Of a stretch of 64,000 nt of DNA, positions 7,606-16,306 are shown in pieces. This DNA is from Burkholderiales bacterium (GTDB lineage: Bacteria; Pseudomonadota; Gammaproteobacteria; Burkholderiales; Burkholderiaceae_C). How positions within the stretch are numbered: the stretch's first letter is position 1; each line of letters begins with the position of its first letter. The DNA lies in NCBI GenBank assembly GCA_017302655.1, contig JAFLDE010000002.1, positions 21,993-85,992 on the forward strand, written 5' to 3'. The notes beneath the pieces are model-generated. The model had not been told where the DNA came from and did no database searches. It worked only from the letters and a program-made list of their open reading frames with translations. The position numbers and the translations under genes were made by a program.

Positions 7606-8853
7606 ATGCAATCCAAGAATTTCGTCGTCATTGGCGCCGGTGTGGTGGGCCTGACCAGCGCCTGGGCACTGCTGGAGGCCGGCCACCGCGTGCGCATCGT
7701 CGAACGCGATGCGCCAGGCCAAGGTGCCAGCCATGCCAACGGCGGGCAGCTCAGCTATCGCTATGTGTCGCCCTTGGCCGACGCCGGTGTGCCCTTCAAG
7801 GCCATGCGCTGGCTGATGGACCCCGATGGCCCCTTGCGCTTTCGACTGGAAGCCGACCCGGCGCAGTGGAGTTGGCTCGCGCAGTTCCTGCTGAAGTGCC
7901 GCGCCTCGGTGAACCGCCGGGCCACCCAGCGCCTCCTGGCGCTCGGCAGCTTGAGCCAACAGACTTTCCAGGATTGGGCGGCGCAGCTGGACTGGAATGG
8001 ATCAGTGGCGCTGCGCGAACCCGGAAAGCTGGTGATCTACCGCCAGCCCGGCGAGTTCGCCAAGGTCCGTGCCCGCATGGCCGACACCGGTGTCGAGCAA
8101 GCGCTCGATGCGGACGCCTGCGTCGCGCTCGAGCCCGCCCTGACCCACGCCCGCGGCGTGCTGGCAGGCGGCATCTTCACGCCAGGCGAGGCCGTGGCCG
8201 ACTGCCACGCGCTGTGCCTGCACCTGCTTGGCAAGGTGCAAGCCCATCCCGGCTTTGATGGCCTCATTCAGCAAGCCGCCACCGGCTGGAACGTGGAGGC
8301 TGGGCGGCCGCAGTTGCGCACTTCGGGCGGCGAGTTGAAGGCCGACGCTTACCTGATCGCCGCCGGGCTGCACAGCCGGCCGCTGGCTGCGCCGCTGGGC
8401 ATCCGCCTGCCGCTCTACCCGCTCAAGGGCTACAGCCTCACGGCACCGATCCGCGAAGAACACCGCCCACCTGAAGTCAGCGTGACCGACTTCGAACGCA
8501 AGATCCTCTACGCGCGCATGGGCACCCGTCTTCGCGTGGCGGCCATGGCCGACCTCGTGGGCGAGAACCTCGATCTCGACCCGCATCGCCTGGCCTCGCT
8601 GCACCGCTCGGTGCGCGCCATGTTTCCCGATGCAGCTGACTACGACGCCGCCGAACCCTGGGCTGGCTTGCGCCCCGCCACACCCGGCGGCACGCCTATC
8701 CTGGGCGCGAGCCCTTTGCCTGGCGTGTGGCTGAACGTCGGCCACGGCGCACTCGGCTTTACCTTCTCCTTTGCCTCGGCGCGCATCGTGGCGAGTCTGA
8801 TGTCCGGCTTGCCCAGCCCCCTGGCGCTGGATGGCTTCACGCTCGGCACATGA
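7606..8853 (+). CDS. FAD-dependent D-amino acid dehydrogenase (DadA family; resembles the DguA D-glutamate dehydrogenase subgroup)
   Basis: VIGAGVVG dinucleotide motif, ANGGQLSYRYVSPLADAGVP, WAGLRPATP, NVGHGALGFT. Confidence 0.9.
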   Translation: MQSKNFVVIGAGVVGLTSAWALLEAGHRVRIVERDAPGQGASHANGGQLSYRYVSPLADAGVPFKAMRWLMDPDGPLRFRLEADPAQWSWLAQFLLKCRASVNRRATQRLLALGSLSQQTFQDWAAQLDWNGSVALREPGKLVIYRQPGEFAKVRARMADTGVEQALDADACVALEPALTHARGVLAGGIFTPGEAVADCHALCLHLLGKVQAHPGFDGLIQQAATGWNVEAGRPQLRTSGGELKADAYLIAAGLHSRPLAAPLGIRLPLYPLKGYSLTAPIREEHRPPEVSVTDFERKILYARMGTRLRVAAMADLVGENLDLDPHRLASLHRSVRAMFPDAADYDAAEPWAGLRPATPGGTPILGASPLPGVWLNVGHGALGFTFSFASARIVASLMSGLPSPLALDGFTLGT

Positions 8854-9863
8854 AGCTCGCCGACACCCTGAGCAACCTGCTGGGCGAGCTCGACTGGCGC
8901 GCACAGCTTCATGACAGCTGGATGCAGGGCGCCGCGCCTCGGCAGGCGCCCTCGGTCGATCTTGCGGTCTGCCTGTTCCAGCCCGGGCAAGCACCGCAAG
9001 CAGGCAATGTGCTGCTGTCGCGCGAGGGCCTGGTAAAGGCCCGGTTGCCCGCCCACTTCGGGGCTGCGGAGGGCATCGCCTTCCAGGCTGACGTGCGCGA
9101 CACCGAGTTGAACTCCGTGGCCTGGCTGCCCGACGCCGATTGGTCGCACATCGCCTTCCCCCCGCTGCACGGCGAGGGCTGGCGCTTCGTCGCACCCTAC
9201 CCGGCCTCGCTGCTCAAGCTGATGCTCGCGGCGGGCGTCACGCATTGGCTCGACACGCAGGGCGCGTCCATCGACCAGGCCTGGAGCCACGACGGCGACG
9301 AGCGCTGCCTGCGAAGCTGGCAGCACGACATGCTGGCGCTGAGCTGCAACCGGGCCACCGACGCGCTGGTGGCCTGGGGCCATGCCGTGGGCCTGCTGCC
9401 TGGGGCGCTGCCCGAGTTGCTGCGAAACCTGGGCCTGCCCACCCTGCGCTTCGAGCACACCACGCCACGCGGCGGCTGGCGCAATGCCGATGGAGCGGGC
9501 GTCGGCGCCATCCAGATGACCGCCTGGGACGCCCTGCGCCTGGTCTGGTGGCTGGACCCGACCCTGCCCCCCTGCGCCTGGACCGACCTGCCCCGACTGC
9601 GAGACAGCTCGGCCCTGTGGACTGCCCTGGCGGGCCAGCAATTGCCAGGCCTGATCCGCCGCCCCGGCTTCGCACACAAGACCGGCAACACCGACAACTA
9701 CAGCGCCGACGCGGGGCGCTGGGATTTGGGGCAGGGCCGCGTCGCCCTGGTGGCCGTCACGAGCAGCCTGGGCAAGCGCTTTGCCGAGGGCGACCCGGGC
9801 GGATTCGCTCCGGCCCTGGTGAAGCTGGGTGAGCGCCTGGCATGCCAACTGGAGGCCGCATGA
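8850..9863 (+). CDS. SxxK serine hydrolase (class A beta-lactamase/PBP-like fold), no signal peptide
   Basis: YPASLLKL (SxxK), LSCNRAT (SxN), HKTGNT (KTG); ATGA overlap with the upstream gene. Confidence 0.8.
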   Translation: MKLADTLSNLLGELDWRAQLHDSWMQGAAPRQAPSVDLAVCLFQPGQAPQAGNVLLSREGLVKARLPAHFGAAEGIAFQADVRDTELNSVAWLPDADWSHIAFPPLHGEGWRFVAPYPASLLKLMLAAGVTHWLDTQGASIDQAWSHDGDERCLRSWQHDMLALSCNRATDALVAWGHAVGLLPGALPELLRNLGLPTLRFEHTTPRGGWRNADGAGVGAIQMTAWDALRLVWWLDPTLPPCAWTDLPRLRDSSALWTALAGQQLPGLIRRPGFAHKTGNTDNYSADAGRWDLGQGRVALVAVTSSLGKRFAEGDPGGFAPALVKLGERLACQLEAA

Positions 9864-10750
9864 AGGCGCTGATCGCACCGCTTCCGGTCGGCGCGCAACT
9901 GGCGGTCGTCGCGCCGGCTGGCCCGCCGCGCGAAGGCGTGCTGGCGCAGGTGCCCGGCCTGGTGCATCAGCTGGGCTTTCGCGCCAAGCTGTACCCAGGC
10001 TGCCATGGCCCCGCCCACCTGGGACACCTCGCGGCCAACGACGCGCAGCGTCTGGCCGATCTGCACGACGCGCTTGATGACCCCGAGGTCGCGGCCCTGC
10101 TGGCGTTGCGTGGCGGCTATGGCTGCATCCGCCTGCTGCTAGGCCTGGATCTGGAACGCGTGCGCCGGGCCGGCAAGCCGCTGATCGGCTACTCCGACCT
10201 CACCACCTTGCATGGCGTCTGGGCGCGCTGTGGTGTGCCGGCCTGGCATGGGCCCATGCCGGCCTCCGACTGGGCGCAGCCCGGTGGCCTGGCCGACGCC
10301 TCGCGCCTGGCTCAATGGCTGCAGCGCGGCCTATGGGTGGGCGACGAACAACAGGCACCTGCCCCTCATGCGCTCAGTCACGGCCAGCAGGCGGACGGCA
10401 TCTTGCTGGGCGGCAACCTCTCGGTGCTGGCGTCCAACCTGGGCACCGTGGCCCAACCTGAACTGCGGGGCGCCATCCTGTTCCTCGAAGACATCTCCGA
10501 AGACCCCTACCGGGTGGATCGCTACCTGACGCAACTGCTGCTGGCGGGCGTGCTTGACGGAGTGGCCGGCTTCCTGCTGGGCAGCTTCAGCGAAGCCGAC
10601 AACGCCGACGCGGTGATGGCCGAGCGCCTTCACCCCCTCGGCAAGCCCGTGCTGGCCGGCTGGCCCGCTGGCCATGGCCAGCCCAACCACGCGCTGCCGT
10701 TGGGACTGCCGGTGCAGATGGACGTGCCCTCACGCACCCTGCGCTGGTAG
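9860..10750 (+). CDS. ldcA: S66 muramoyltetrapeptide LD-carboxypeptidase
   Basis: RGGYG, IGYSDLTTL (Ser), LLGGNLSVL, LFLED (Glu), GHG.PN (His); ATGA overlap. Confidence 0.92.
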   Translation: MKALIAPLPVGAQLAVVAPAGPPREGVLAQVPGLVHQLGFRAKLYPGCHGPAHLGHLAANDAQRLADLHDALDDPEVAALLALRGGYGCIRLLLGLDLERVRRAGKPLIGYSDLTTLHGVWARCGVPAWHGPMPASDWAQPGGLADASRLAQWLQRGLWVGDEQQAPAPHALSHGQQADGILLGGNLSVLASNLGTVAQPELRGAILFLEDISEDPYRVDRYLTQLLLAGVLDGVAGFLLGSFSEADNADAVMAERLHPLGKPVLAGWPAGHGQPNHALPLGLPVQMDVPSRTLRW

Positions 10751-11677
10751 CCAGGGGTCGCGCGACTCGCCACCGAATGATTCCAGCAGGAAGTCGATGA
10801 AGGCCTTCGTGCGCATGGGCAAGTACTTGCGCGTAGGCATGGCCACATAAAGCATGTACTGACCCAGGTTCCAGTCGCAGAGCACGCGTTCGAGCTGACC
10901 CTTGCGCAGATCCTCCTGCACCTGGAAGGACAGCGTGGCCGCGATGCCCAGGCCCGCGCGGGCCGCCGCCAACAGCACATCGACCGAGTCCGAGCCCACG
11001 CTGCAGGGCTTGCAGGGCACGTGCACGGAAGGCGGCCCCGGGTGGCGTTCGGCATCGCGGCGGCGCAGCGTCCAGCCTTCGGCCACGTTGGCAAAGCTGG
11101 GCACCAGCACCTCGTGGGCCAGCAGGTCCATCGGCTCCGTCGGCCGGCCGTGCTGGTCGAGGTAAGCAGGGGTCGCGCAGAGCACGATTTCGGCCACCGC
11201 CAACTGGCGGGCCACGAAGTCTCCGTCCAGCGGTTGCTGCCCCACGGCCAACAGCGTCAAATCCGCGTGATCCTCAGGGGCCTGCGTGTGCGGCGCACCG
11301 CACAGGAACAGTTCCACACCCGGATACCGGGCACGGAAGGCGGGCAGCAACGGCACGATGAGCTGTGCGAGCAGCGGCGCCGGCCCCGCCAGGCGCAGGC
11401 TGCCGCGCACCTGGCTCACGGTCTCGGCAGCCAAGGCATTGGCCTCCTCCAGGTCGAGCACGATTTGCCTTGCGCGTTCCAGGTACTGCGCGCCCACGGC
11501 GGTGAGCGTCAGCTTGCGCGTGGTGCGGTGCAAGAGCCGGGCGCCCAGGCTTTGCTCCAGGTCGGAGACCAGCCGCGTGACACCGGCGGGCGCGAGATCC
11601 AGGGCGCGCGCAGCCGCCGCGAAGCCACCGTGGTCGACCACCGCGATGAAGACCTTGAGGGCGCGAAGTTGATCCAT
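10730..11677 (-). CDS. LysR family transcriptional regulator (CrgA/DmlR-like)
   Basis: MDQLRALKVF...GGFAAAARAL HTH, RLLHRTTRKLTLT, substrate-binding domain; AT-rich divergent intergenic region 11678-11820. Confidence 0.95.
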   Translation of the reverse strand: MDQLRALKVFIAVVDHGGFAAAARALDLAPAGVTRLVSDLEQSLGARLLHRTTRKLTLTAVGAQYLERARQIVLDLEEANALAAETVSQVRGSLRLAGPAPLLAQLIVPLLPAFRARYPGVELFLCGAPHTQAPEDHADLTLLAVGQQPLDGDFVARQLAVAEIVLCATPAYLDQHGRPTEPMDLLAHEVLVPSFANVAEGWTLRRRDAERHPGPPSVHVPCKPCSVGSDSVDVLLAAARAGLGIAATLSFQVQEDLRKGQLERVLCDWNLGQYMLYVAMPTRKYLPMRTKAFIDFLLESFGGESRDPWLPAQGA

Positions 11678-11820
11678 GACCGGTTTGTAGCAGCCGAATT
11701 ACCTTCACTTTTCGCAACGATGCATTCTCTGGCAGGTGATTTTTCAAGCATTCAATGATTTTTACAGTGCGAACCACTCACCCGGCATGTCGCCGGATGC
11801 GCACTCAAAAGGAGTCTTCC

Positions 11821-12162
11821 ATGCGCGCCCTTCACACCCTCACCACCGCCGTCCTCGCTTCCTTGCTGCTGGCCTCTGCCGGTCACGCCGCGACCGCCGC
11901 CGAGATCGAGGCGCAGGCCATGGCCTACGAAGGCGTGGCCCACCTGGTGCCCCAGCAGGCCGTTCGCCGGAGCAACGCACTGGCTGAGCGCCAGGCCGCT
12001 GTGCCGACCAGCGCACCCACCCCGGAGCGGACCCGCGCTGCTGTGGTGGCGGAACTGGCGCGAGCTCGCGCCGCCGGCGAGATGGACTTCGTGGCCGCAG
12101 AACTCGGCCAGATCTCGGCCCCTGTCGGTCCGATCACCCGCTCGCGCCTGGCACGCCGCTGA
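11821..12162 (+). CDS. Small secreted protein with DUF4148-like repeat
   Basis: AAAGGAG RBS, signal peptide ending AGHA, motif TRAAVVAELARARAAGE. Confidence 0.7.
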   Translation: MRALHTLTTAVLASLLLASAGHAATAAEIEAQAMAYEGVAHLVPQQAVRRSNALAERQAAVPTSAPTPERTRAAVVAELARARAAGEMDFVAAELGQISAPVGPITRSRLARR

Positions 12163-12402
12163 ACGGCCGCTCACCCGGAACGACCGAAGTGGGTGCTCGC
12201 CCCAGGTCTTCCGGGCGGGTTCAAGCTCAGCGTCCCGCCGCCCATGCGCTGCGGTTATGGGTTGGCGGCAAGCCGGGATGGTGATCCCGCGACATTTGCG
12301 GGGCAACCATAGGTCATGACATGGCCAGCTTCCTGAATGATGGGTTATCAGCTCCTGCCCATGCGGCAGCGGGATCTTGGTTCCACTCAGACAGGAAGTC
12401 CC

Positions 12403-15237
12403 ATGAAACTCCATCGTGTCGCTGCAGCTGTCGCGCTGCTGACCCTGAACCCGGCCCTGATGGCGCAAACGCCAGCGCCGGCCGCACAGCCGCAGAAGCT
12501 GGAGAAGGTCACGATCACCGGCTCGAGCATCAAGCGCCTGGCGGCGCAGAGTGCGTTGCCGATCGAGACCATGACCCGCAGTGAGATCGAGCAGCTGGGT
12601 TTGTCGAACGCCAATGAGCTGGTGGAACTGCTGGCCGCCAACGTGGCGGGCGCCAACAACCCGGTGTCCACCAATACCGTGTTCGGCGCCGACCAGGACC
12701 GCCTGACCGGCGGCGCTGCCAATGCCAACCTGCGTGGCCTGGGCCCCACCGGCACGTTGGTGCTGCTGAACGGCCGCCGTGTCTCCACGCACGGCATGAG
12801 CGGCGGCGCGGTAGACCTGAACGCCATCCCGATGGACGCCATCGAACGCGTCGAGACCCTGAAGGACGGCGCATCCGCAATCTACGGCACCGACGCCATC
12901 GGCGGCGTCATCAACTTCATCACGCGCAGCAACTACAAGGGCATGGCGCTTCGCGCGAGCTACAGCACACCGCAGGCCAGCGGTGGTGGGCAGACCTTCC
13001 GTGCTTCGCTCACAGCCGGTATGGGCGACCTGGCGCGCGACGGTTTCAACCTGATGGCCAGCGTCACCTACGACGACAACAAGATTCTGCGCGGCATCGA
13101 CCGTCCCTGGGCCACGGGCTATCAGCCTGGCAACTACCTGACGCCCGACTCCACCAGCGCCGCGCATGCCAACATCATTGCCGCCGCCAACACCGCGCTG
13201 ACCAGCGCGGGCACCGTGGTCGGGGCCAATGACACGACGCGCTACACCAACCTCAATCTGCTGGCCATCCAGGGCAAGTGCGAAGACCTGCCCTACACGG
13301 TGCCGATGGCGCCGAACATCACCATCTGGGACAAGTTCGGCTACACCAACGCCAACTCGCGCTACCGCTGCACACGCGACTACGGTCGCATGTTCATGCT
13401 GCGCAACCCGCGTGAAGCCACCAACGCCTTGCTCAAGGGTTCGGTGAACCTGGGCGATGGCCACACCGCTGCGCTGGAAGTAGTGGCCTCGCGCACCGAG
13501 GTGGCGGGCGAGTACGCGCCCTTCCAGTTCAGCACCACGTCGAACGCGGTGACGCATTTGCAGCCCAGCAGCCCGCACTACCTCAACATGCGCGACCTGG
13601 TGGGCGCGACGCAGTTCGACCCGACCAAGCCGATCGCCTACCGCCTGAACATGCAGGACTGGGGCTTCCGCCTCAACACCAATCGCTCGGACAACCTGCG
13701 CGTGCAGGCCACCCTGGACGGTCAGGTGTTCGGCTTCGACTACTCGGTGGGCGTGGGCATGGGCAAGGCCGAAGCCTCGACGCTGCTGCGCAACGGTTAC
13801 GCCGACACCAACAAGCTGGTGGCCCTGCTGGCGTCCGGCCAGTACAACCCCTTCCTGCGGGCCGGTCAGACGCAGTCAGCCTCGGTCACCCAAGCCATCG
13901 AGGACATGCAGGTGCGCGGCCGCGTGTTCGGCGGGGAGACCGACGTCAAGCAGGCCGACGCCACGATTTCTGGCAGCCTGGGCAACTTCCTGGCCGGCAG
14001 CCTCGACTTCGCGCTCGGCCTGAACTTCCGGCAGGAGAGCTACTCGTTCTCGGGTTCACAGAACTACACCTGCGTGAGTTCCTTCACGCCGGCCAACATG
14101 GCGCTGCCGAACTCGGTGATGGGCTGCCCGGGCAATGCCGCCTCGCCCAAGCTCACCCGCGACATCGGCGCGGTGTTCGGCGAGTTGCTGATTCGCCCTA
14201 CCAAGGCCCTTGAAGTGACCTTGCAGGTTCGGCACGACGAGTACCAAGGCATCGGCGGCACCACCAATCCCAAGATCGGGCTGAAGTTCACGCCCAACGA
14301 CATGCTGCTGCTCCGCGCCTCGGCCAACACCGGCTTCCGGGCCCCGACGCCGCAGCAAGTCAAGCTGGGCCAGGTGGAGCTGCAACTCACGGGTGCTTTC
14401 CGAGATCCGGTGCTCTGCGCCGACATCAATGCCCCGAAGGACCCGACCCAATGCAACCGCGCCGGCCTGCCCTATCGCCAGGGCGGCAACCCGACGCTGA
14501 CCCCGGAGGAATCCGACCAGGCCACCGCAGGCATCGTGTTCGCCCCCGTGCGCAACGCCCAGTTCTACGCCGACTACTGGCAGGTGCGCTTGAGCGAGCG
14601 GATCCGCCAACTCAGCGTCACGAACATGATCCAGAACTACGATTTGTTCGCCGGCAACTTCATCCGCGACCCGGCTACCGGCGTGGTGCAGTACGTGCAG
14701 GCCGGCTGGGTGAACGCGGCAGAGAGCCAGACCAAGGGTGTCGACTTCGGCGCGCAGTTCGACGGCGAGGCGGCTGGCGGCCGTGTGCGCACCACCATCG
14801 GTGGCACCAAAATGATCAGCAACAAGGAACGCTTGCTGAAGAATGCGCCGCTCAATGAGTTCGTCGGCAAGTGGAGCAACACCAACCTCTACCTGCCCTG
14901 GCGCCTGAACGCCAGCATCGGCTACCGCACCGGCCCCTGGAACACCACCCTGTCCATGGCTTACCGCGACAGCTACGAGGACGAGGACCGCACCAGCTAC
15001 ACGGCGATCTCGCCAACCAAGCGCATGATCGAGGACTACACGACCTTCAACCTGGTCAGCACCTACTCCGGCATCAAGGGCCTGACCCTGACCGGCTCGA
15101 TCATCAATCTGTTCGACAAGCAGCCGCCCTTCACCTGGCACAACGTGGACGGCGTGATCGGTGCGGGCTGGGATCCGCGCGTCGCCGATCCGCGCGGCCG
15201 CACCTTCTCGGTGTCGATGCGCTACGACTTCAAGTGA
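12403..15237 (+). CDS. TonB-dependent outer-membrane receptor
   Basis: Signal peptide; TonB box LEKVTITGS; plug motifs NLRGLG...TLVLLNGRR and IERVETLKDGASAIYGTDAIGGVINFIT; C-terminal aromatic strand RYDFK; AGGAAG RBS before ATG 12403. Confidence 0.96.
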   Translation: MKLHRVAAAVALLTLNPALMAQTPAPAAQPQKLEKVTITGSSIKRLAAQSALPIETMTRSEIEQLGLSNANELVELLAANVAGANNPVSTNTVFGADQDRLTGGAANANLRGLGPTGTLVLLNGRRVSTHGMSGGAVDLNAIPMDAIERVETLKDGASAIYGTDAIGGVINFITRSNYKGMALRASYSTPQASGGGQTFRASLTAGMGDLARDGFNLMASVTYDDNKILRGIDRPWATGYQPGNYLTPDSTSAAHANIIAAANTALTSAGTVVGANDTTRYTNLNLLAIQGKCEDLPYTVPMAPNITIWDKFGYTNANSRYRCTRDYGRMFMLRNPREATNALLKGSVNLGDGHTAALEVVASRTEVAGEYAPFQFSTTSNAVTHLQPSSPHYLNMRDLVGATQFDPTKPIAYRLNMQDWGFRLNTNRSDNLRVQATLDGQVFGFDYSVGVGMGKAEASTLLRNGYADTNKLVALLASGQYNPFLRAGQTQSASVTQAIEDMQVRGRVFGGETDVKQADATISGSLGNFLAGSLDFALGLNFRQESYSFSGSQNYTCVSSFTPANMALPNSVMGCPGNAASPKLTRDIGAVFGELLIRPTKALEVTLQVRHDEYQGIGGTTNPKIGLKFTPNDMLLLRASANTGFRAPTPQQVKLGQVELQLTGAFRDPVLCADINAPKDPTQCNRAGLPYRQGGNPTLTPEESDQATAGIVFAPVRNAQFYADYWQVRLSERIRQLSVTNMIQNYDLFAGNFIRDPATGVVQYVQAGWVNAAESQTKGVDFGAQFDGEAAGGRVRTTIGGTKMISNKERLLKNAPLNEFVGKWSNTNLYLPWRLNASIGYRTGPWNTTLSMAYRDSYEDEDRTSYTAISPTKRMIEDYTTFNLVSTYSGIKGLTLTGSIINLFDKQPPFTWHNVDGVIGAGWDPRVADPRGRTFSVSMRYDFK

Positions 15238-15262
15238 CAGCCTGAGCGAACGCTCGCGCCAC

Positions 15263-15292
15263 AAGGGCCCCTTTCGAGGGGCCCTTTTCTTT
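15263..15292 (+). terminator. Rho-independent terminator
   Basis: AAGGGCCCCT-TTCG-AGGGGCCCTT followed by a T-tract, about 25 nt after the receptor stop. Confidence 0.9.
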
Positions 15293-15397
15293 CGGCTTGG
15301 GGATAACCCGCCGGCATGCCGGCGGCCCCCATTGGCATGGCTCTCGGGGGCAAGGCCCGAGGGGTAGCGCGTCTGGCATCTGTCAGCATGCGCGCCC

Positions 15398-16306
15398 ATG
15401 CAATGGATCACTGAAGCCCAGGTCGCGACCACCCTCACGCCGGAGCGCATGCGCGAGGCGCTGCGCGCCGCCTTTCTCGACCTGGCGGCCGGCCGGGCGA
15501 CGGTGCTGGCCCGTTCGCGCGCTGGCGACCCGCAAGCCGGCATGGTGAGCGCGATGGGCGCCGTGCTTCCGTCCCTGGACGTGCTCGGCACCAAGGTCTA
15601 CTCGACGCGCAAGGGCCAGTTCCAGTTCCTCGTCAACCTGTTCGCCGTGAGCAGCGGCCTGCCACTTGCCACGCTGGAGGCCAACGAGCTGACGCGCCTG
15701 CGCACCGCGGCGACCACGGCGCTGGCCGTTGATCTGCTGGCGAAGCCCGCCGCCCGCACACTGGCCGTGTTCGGCACCGGCGTGCAGGCCCGCGCCCACC
15801 TGGAGGCCGTGGCGCCGCTGCGATCGTTCCAGGAGATCCTGCTCTGCACCCGGGGGGACGGCGCCGAGTGGCTGTCCGCTTGGGCTGGCCGCGGCCTGCG
15901 CCTGGCCTCGGCGGCCGAGGCCGCGCAGGCCGATGTGGTGCTGACCTGCACCCGCGCCACCGAGCCCCTGTTCGACGGCGCGCTGGTGCGCCCCGGCGCG
16001 CTGGTGGCCGCCGTGGGCTCCAGCAAGCCGGTGGCGCGCGAACTGGACGACACCTTGCTGGCCCGCGCCGGGCGCCTGGTGGTCGAATGGAAGACCGCCG
16101 CGCTGGCCGAGGCCGGCGAGTTCTGCCGCGCCGCCCCTGGCGTCGTCGACCCTCGGCGCGTGGTGGAACTCGGGGACTTGCTAGCCGCGCCGCCCGCACC
16201 CAGCGAGGGCATCACCGTGTTCAAGAGCGTGGGCATCGGCCTGGAGGATGTGGCGGTGGCGCACGCCGTGTGGCAGGCGCTGAACGCAGAGGAGGCCCCG
16301 GCATGA
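15398..16306 (+). CDS. Ornithine cyclodeaminase / mu-crystallin family protein
   Basis: LTRLRTAATTALA, FGTGVQA, AVGS, FKSVGIGLEDVAVA. Confidence 0.92.
   Translation: MQWITEAQVATTLTPERMREALRAAFLDLAAGRATVLARSRAGDPQAGMVSAMGAVLPSLDVLGTKVYSTRKGQFQFLVNLFAVSSGLPLATLEANELTRLRTAATTALAVDLLAKPAARTLAVFGTGVQARAHLEAVAPLRSFQEILLCTRGDGAEWLSAWAGRGLRLASAAEAAQADVVLTCTRATEPLFDGALVRPGALVAAVGSSKPVARELDDTLLARAGRLVVEWKTAALAEAGEFCRAAPGVVDPRRVVELGDLLAAPPAPSEGITVFKSVGIGLEDVAVAHAVWQALNAEEAPA

Noticed and set aside
8850-9863. Beta-lactam resistance gene or microcystin-degradation mlrB
   Set aside because: No signal peptide; no mlrA/mlrC-type neighbours; context is stem-peptide catabolism.
12163-12402. Cobalamin riboswitch or Fur box upstream of the TonB receptor
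   Set aside because: No B12-box or GATAATGAT-like consensus recognised by eye; an Infernal scan would be needed to exclude it fully.
11752-13578. 608-aa minus-strand ORF
   Set aside because: Antisense shadow of the TonB receptor, typical of high-GC DNA; no motifs.
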